Shown piece by piece: positions 58,798 through 64,000 of a stretch of DNA of 64,000 bases. A model generated the notes under the pieces. That model did not search any database. It saw only the letters and a program-made list of their open reading frames with translations, and was not told where the DNA came from. The DNA comes from Cyanophora paradoxa CCMP329 (taxonomy: Eukaryota; Plantae; Glaucophyta). Position 1 is the first letter of the stretch; every line of letters begins with the position of its first letter. The DNA is taken from the NCBI GenBank assembly GCA_004431415.1, contig QPMI01000643.1:1-64000 (forward strand), written 5' to 3'. The position numbers and the translations under genes were made by a program.

Positions 58798-60343
58798 ACG
58801 CACCTGTAAAATCGACTCTCATTGTGGGAGCATTGACATAAACAAGGGGATAAATGCGAACATACTTGATTCTCAAAGAGAACCCTATGTAGAAAGCATC
58901 CTTGATGGTGAGAGGGTAACCATTTAATAAAGCTACATCGCCGGAATTATTAGCATTGTTTATATTCTCACAAACAAATGTTTTGTTCTGCCCTTCGGCT
59001 CGAATAAAAGACCAGTTGACCCCATTAGTTGATGTAGCCACATTGAAAGTCTTTATAAAAGCATTGGTGTCCCCTGACCCATAGGCAACCACTGAAGAGA
59101 GTTCAAAAGTGTATGGGAACGCAACTTGAAGGTACTCAGTGGGGGTCTCCCATATCTGCTCTGGAGCAAATGCCCCAGCTTCCCAGCCAAATGATGAAGG
59201 TCGAGCCATGTGGGGCTCTTTACCTGTCACAGAGGAGGAGGCAGTAAAGGCATCATCAGCAAGTTTGTACCAATTAGCATCCAAAGGTGGTGACAGGGTG
59301 AGAGTGGAAGAGATGTAAGCTTTTGATGGGTTCTTTAATTCATAGTTTGCTACCAGCAAATCGCAAAGCTTATTAATCATGGTGTTGTTTGCTGCTATGT
59401 ATGTCTCAGTGAACGAAAGCATGTCGGGGATTTTAGAGGTATCATCAAGGGACTTGACTATGTGATTTGGAAGAGGAACAGATAGCCTATAGTACCTCCC
59501 ATAATCCTGATCGTAGTTGTAAGGTAGCAACTCCTCCATTTTGTCAAGAGCTGACAGCTCACTTGCTGCCATGAGCATGTTGATCAATGGGCTTCCATCT
59601 GTTGAGGCAATCCATGAGAGAATGCCCCAACTGTTCACAGTCTCATAACCATAGCCGAAATAATCAGACTCTAAATATGGGTCTACCTCACCACAAGAGA
59701 TGCTTATAACTATAATGTCATCATCATCACTGTAAATCTTCCTCGCATGGCTATAGCCACACACACTTGGGTTATTGTTTCCTGAAATAGCACCATCAAT
59801 AAGGCAAGCAGTTACCCCTCGATTAAAATCAACTATACTCACAGGAGAAAAGTAGGTGGGAGCAGCAGAGGTAGCCCTTGCTGCTATTTTACAGGGCAGA
59901 AAGTTATAGTTGTTATCATTTGTGATAAATATAGGTTTCATGTACTGAGTATCAAACGAAGTAATCACAATGTCCTTTAAGGAATCTTGAATGAGAGATT
60001 CGCCAGTAACAGAATAGATTGCGCTTTCCAAAGGAGCCACATCATACTTGGTGTTAAAAAGGGCATTTTCGATTATATTTCGAGGATTTGCGAAAATCAA
60101 GGGCAGCTGAGTGAGGTATATATTATGTAAATCATTGGCTGTGAGTTTGGGTTCGCCTGCCCTATCTGGATGCCTAATGTTCAACCCAATGGCAATGATC
60201 CCACCCGTGGAAGTTCCACTAACAAGATCCACAAGATCTATTATACGCCTGCCGGTTCGATTTTCGATTTCTTTGAGCAGTCTGGTAATGATAATGCCCC
60301 TTGCTCCGCCTCCTGACAAACTGAGGACTACTTTGAGAGGCAT
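58787..60343 (-). CDS. Patatin-like phospholipase with a C-terminal discoidin (F5/8 type C) domain
   Basis: LSLSGGGARG, GTSTGG, ATSAAPTYF and LIDGA. C-terminal YLQV...FIKTFNVATSTNGVNW...KYVRIYP...MRVDF is a typical FA58C pattern. Confidence 0.92.
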   Translation of the reverse strand: MPLKVVLSLSGGGARGIIITRLLKEIENRTGRRIIDLVDLVSGTSTGGIIAIGLNIRHPDRAGEPKLTANDLHNIYLTQLPLIFANPRNIIENALFNTKYDVAPLESAIYSVTGESLIQDSLKDIVITSFDTQYMKPIFITNDNNYNFLPCKIAARATSAAPTYFSPVSIVDFNRGVTACLIDGAISGNNNPSVCGYSHARKIYSDDDDIIVISISCGEVDPYLESDYFGYGYETVNSWGILSWIASTDGSPLINMLMAASELSALDKMEELLPYNYDQDYGRYYRLSVPLPNHIVKSLDDTSKIPDMLSFTETYIAANNTMINKLCDLLVANYELKNPSKAYISSTLTLSPPLDANWYKLADDAFTASSSVTGKEPHMARPSSFGWEAGAFAPEQIWETPTEYLQVAFPYTFELSSVVAYGSGDTNAFIKTFNVATSTNGVNWSFIRAEGQNKTFVCENINNANNSGDVALLNGYPLTIKDAFYIGFSLRIKYVRIYPLVYVNAPTMRVDFTGAFIR

Positions 60344-60386
60344 CTAATACTTATAAGGAATTTTATAAATCCATATAGTAAAAGCC

Positions 60387-63300
60387 ATGAGCTTTAACTA
60401 CCCCCCTAATCTGGAAACAATTCAAGATGATAATTCTAGCAGCACAAAGCATGTGAACTTTGATAATATAAAAGTTAAAGGTTCAATATCAATCGACCAC
60501 AGCTCTGACAGTTCTTCAAAGACTCAATCAAGGGAGCATGCTCTTTCCTTAAATCAGACCGATCCAGACAAGGAGGATGTCAGTATAGCTTTTAGTTTGG
60601 GCAATGTGAAAGCCAACCAAGTAGCAGAGATCAAGGCAACCAGAAGGAGACCGAGAAAACTCAAACCAAGTGGAACCCATCCAGACATACCATCAAGGTG
60701 TGATAGTGGCCGTTTGATTTTCAATGTACAAGATGAGCAGGGCAAACAGAACACGGGTTTAAGAATTTATAATGAGGGCAGCACCACAAAAACAGAGGTT
60801 CCCCAAGTATTACAAGTGGGCCATTTCCAGAACACGAATCAAGTCTGTTCAACTAATGATGTATACCCCAAGGATATTACATATGACTTTGCGAGGAATG
60901 AACCGTTTGGGTTTTTTACTCCAAATGATGTCCACCAGAAAAAGCCATCAATTACCATCAACAGCAGCCCCACTCAACCAGTAGCAATCCATTTACACCC
61001 TGATCTTGTCGAAATGGATAGGCACCTTTTACCTTTGGTCACAAACACCAAAGACCTTGGAATCAGGACGAGGCAGTGGCGAAATATCCATGGAAGCAAT
61101 GTGTATGCCAATGGTGAAAAGCTTGTCAGTGAGAAAACTATAAGGGAAATCTTTGAGCATTACGGTCCTGTTCCTGTCCCCTTTCCGCTTCCGTGGGATC
61201 CACCTGACCTGACACCAAAGAAGCAACCTGGGAGGGAATACACAGCAGAGGAAAATGTAGCCTTTGGGCAGCACATAGTTAGCTGGGAAAAAGTCAGAAA
61301 CAAACCAGTATTTACAGATTACAAACAACCAGCTGAGGAGCTTTTATCACCAGATGTAAATGTTATACCTCTTGAAGATAGGCGATTTGAAGAGGATAAT
61401 GTCTTACCAGATGGTTTCGACCCAAATCTTGTAACTTATGATCGCTACGAGCCTTTTGATGAGCAGCTTTTACCTGATGGTTTCGCACCTGATCTATTCG
61501 ATTTCATAGTGGATTGGGAGGACATTCGAAATAAACCACAAACATATCCACCTGATCCCCATGGCCATGATTGGGACGAAATCGAGAATAAACCTGATAG
61601 ATTTCCGCCTGTGGATCATAGGCATGATTGGGGAGAAATCGATGGAATACCAGAAGAATTTCCACCAGCAGACCATAGACACACTTGGGACGAAATTGAT
61701 GTACCAGAATTGTTCCCACCAGAAGACCACAGACACGATTGGGATGAAATCGACCAGCAACCTACTTTCGCATCAGCAGGCAATATGTTGACAGACTTTC
61801 CACTTGGTGTAAGTCTCTATCAAAATATTGAGATTGAAGAAAGATTACAATTAAATGACTACTATGTGAATCGTAGGGGATTAGATGCTGGAACCACAAT
61901 GGAAGGCGAATTGTATATCAGACCCCCAACAAGAGTTAATTTAGTGGCAGCTGGTGGAGGTGTTGAAATAAAAGACACCAAACCAGGTATCTATTTAACA
62001 AATTACTACCCTGACGACATCCCAATGACAGCAACATTACCACCTATACCATCTCTTCCAGCCGATCCAATTAATTATGTAGACAAAGATGCGACCCTTC
62101 AAATTAACGTAACTGATGTTAGCGCTTTTGATGGATCAAGACCAAAGTTAATATTTAGCCGAGAACGACTCTTACCTGATGATTTAGTTGGAGATCGAGA
62201 CGATTACAAGCAATGTGAGATAGGGTGGAAAAAAACGAACTATAATGATGTTGATAAGCAAGGTGTTTTAGAAATAAATCAGAGAGCAGCAGCAAAAAAC
62301 ATTCACAACGAAAATATATCACGAGTGGTCACAGAGGATTATTTAGAAAATAAGAATTACATAGATGGAACCGAATTAACTACTATACTCAATGATTATG
62401 TAACAGAAACTGAATATGCCACAACACTGGCAGCAGCATTAATACCCTATGTGACAGAGACTGAGCTTGATGCTGAACTTGCTAAATATTTACCATTGAC
62501 AGGTGGCACCATTACAGGTGATCTTACAGTCAATAGAGAACTGGAGGTAAAGGATAAGATTGTTATAGGGAACAATGAGATTTCAAGAGCCCCTTTAAAC
62601 TTCTTAAATTTCGATGTTGGGGGTTTGTCTCATTGCCTTCTAAGATTTAATGCGAGTTTGGATGATGCTTGGGAAAATAATGTACTGGTCTATGAGCTTG
62701 TTAATAAAGCAAATGCTAATGTTATTCAAAAACTGATACAGTCAGGAAGTGTAGTATTCAAGAGTTCAGGAGGTCCTAATAACAAACCCTTCTATGATGT
62801 AGCAGACACAAATAGCTTCTCTACTTTCCGTTATTCCTTCTTTTCTACAAATTCAGCAGGCTTTGAAACCATTGATTTTAGTGGAGGGATAACCGTCGCA
62901 TTTGTGATTAAGTTAAGAAGCGCTGAACCGCTTGAACCTATTTTACAGTTTGATGGGTCTTCTACACTTGGTAGTAATGGGCAAATTTGGAGTATTTCGA
63001 AAGGTCAATGGGTGATGGTTTCGTTTTGAACATCAGCAAATTAGACCAATCTACTTTCAGGGTTCCACTCACAATTGACGAAGTAGATTCTTGGACAATC
63101 TATGACATCACAATCACAAGCACATCCGTAAAAGTGGGCGTTAATGCGAAAGAGAGACAGACCTTTTCGATATCAAATGGTTCTCACCTACCCCGAAATG
63201 ATGTTAAGTATGTATATTTGGGAAGTCAATACTCAAAATTCGACCTGTGCGAATTCTATTGTTTCACAAGAGTCTTAACAGCGGAGGAACTATATAGTTT

Positions 63301-64000
63301 ACGATGGTATCTTCATCAATTCTACGGATTTGTGGAAGACCCTTCAAACCCAATACCAAGAGATGATAATAAACTACTCATCAAGACTCAGGAACTACAA
63401 GTAACAGGGATGAACTTAGCAACCACCGATGGTGTAGCAGCATTATTGACAGATCGCACAACATCAAATGTTGTAAAAGGATGGTTAAATGAATACACCA
63501 CTTCAAATGTTGTGAGGGGTTGGATAGCAGATTCAGAAGCGTTGTTAGACAACTACTTACCATTAACAGGTGGAACTATCACAGGAAATCTTAACGTGAG
63601 CAATCAAGGAAACACTGACAGCAAACTAAAAATTTATGAGAACACTTTTAAATTGGATTATTTGGATGTCTCAACATTTGATGTCCTTTCAGTTCTTAAT
63701 GTTTTAATTTGGATTAATGCGAAAGATCACGCTCACTGGAAAGATGGCTCAGTAGTTTCTAACCTGATTAACAAAGCAACATTTAACGACATTGATAATA
63801 ACCCTGAGACGCCCAATTTTGTCAATGGGATTCTTAATGTTGCTGGGAACACCACACAAATCAGAACAAGTGGTGGTCGAAATAACAAACCTTATTATAA
63901 TTCGTATCCTACAATAAACTACCTCTTTTCAACTTCTGTTTCTTATCAGGGGTATGATGCTGAAATGTTCATGAGCCAAACTTCACAGCAACGTTTAACT
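60387..64000 (+). CDS. Giant fibre/receptor-binding protein with phage-tail-like HxH repeats and tandem LamG-like modules (frameshift near 63010; runs off the window)
   Basis: W.EI..P..FPP.DH.H repeats at ~61510-61760; YLPLTGGTITG at ~62487 and ~63554. The post-shift frame reads CEFYCFTRVLTAEELYSLRWYLHQFYG, a LamG-like end. Confidence 0.8.

Larger units (their letters stand above)
42520..64000. mobile_element. Endogenous Polinton-like virus B (left end at ~42,520; right end outside window)
   Basis: Abrupt break of the FN3 frame (RNGSRVGSLGSTERYL) at a hairpin, drop in GC, then integrase, pPolB, primase-helicase, ATPase, MCP, pentons, patatin and fibre. Confidence 0.93.

Noticed and set aside
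1-64000. Bacterial prophage interpretation (speD, patatin, tail-fibre repeats)
   Set aside because: No terminase, portal or Shine-Dalgarno pattern; A32 ATPase, pPolB and RVE integrase plus a spliced flanking gene indicate eukaryotic Polinton-like viruses.

Overview
Eukaryotic DNA, probably from a GC-rich protist or alga with short spliceosomal introns. About 20.6 kb of a giant REJ-like/fibronectin-III cell-surface gene (~21.9-42.5 kb, containing 3.3 copies of a 2,658-bp intronless repeat) lies between two related but divergent AT-richer endogenous Polinton-like viruses (PLV-A, <1 to ~18.6 or ~21.9 kb; PLV-B, 42.52 kb to >64 kb) in inverted orientation. Both carry a collinear virion module (giant LamG-type fibre, patatin-discoidin fusion, two head-to-head pentons, putative double-jelly-roll MCP, A32 packaging ATPase), an RVE integrase and a small prokaryote-type S-adenosylmethionine decarboxylase. 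Their replication modules are unrelated: a pPolB-SF1 helicase-HNH fusion in A, versus a pPolB with eroded exonuclease plus a PolA-like primase/SF3 helicase in B. PLV-B starts with a perfect 28-bp hairpin at the host junction and has a structured non-coding block of phased palindromic repeats. Most frameshifts look like single-base homopolymer losses, probably long-read errors. Protein family calls come from motif recognition by eye; no searches were run.
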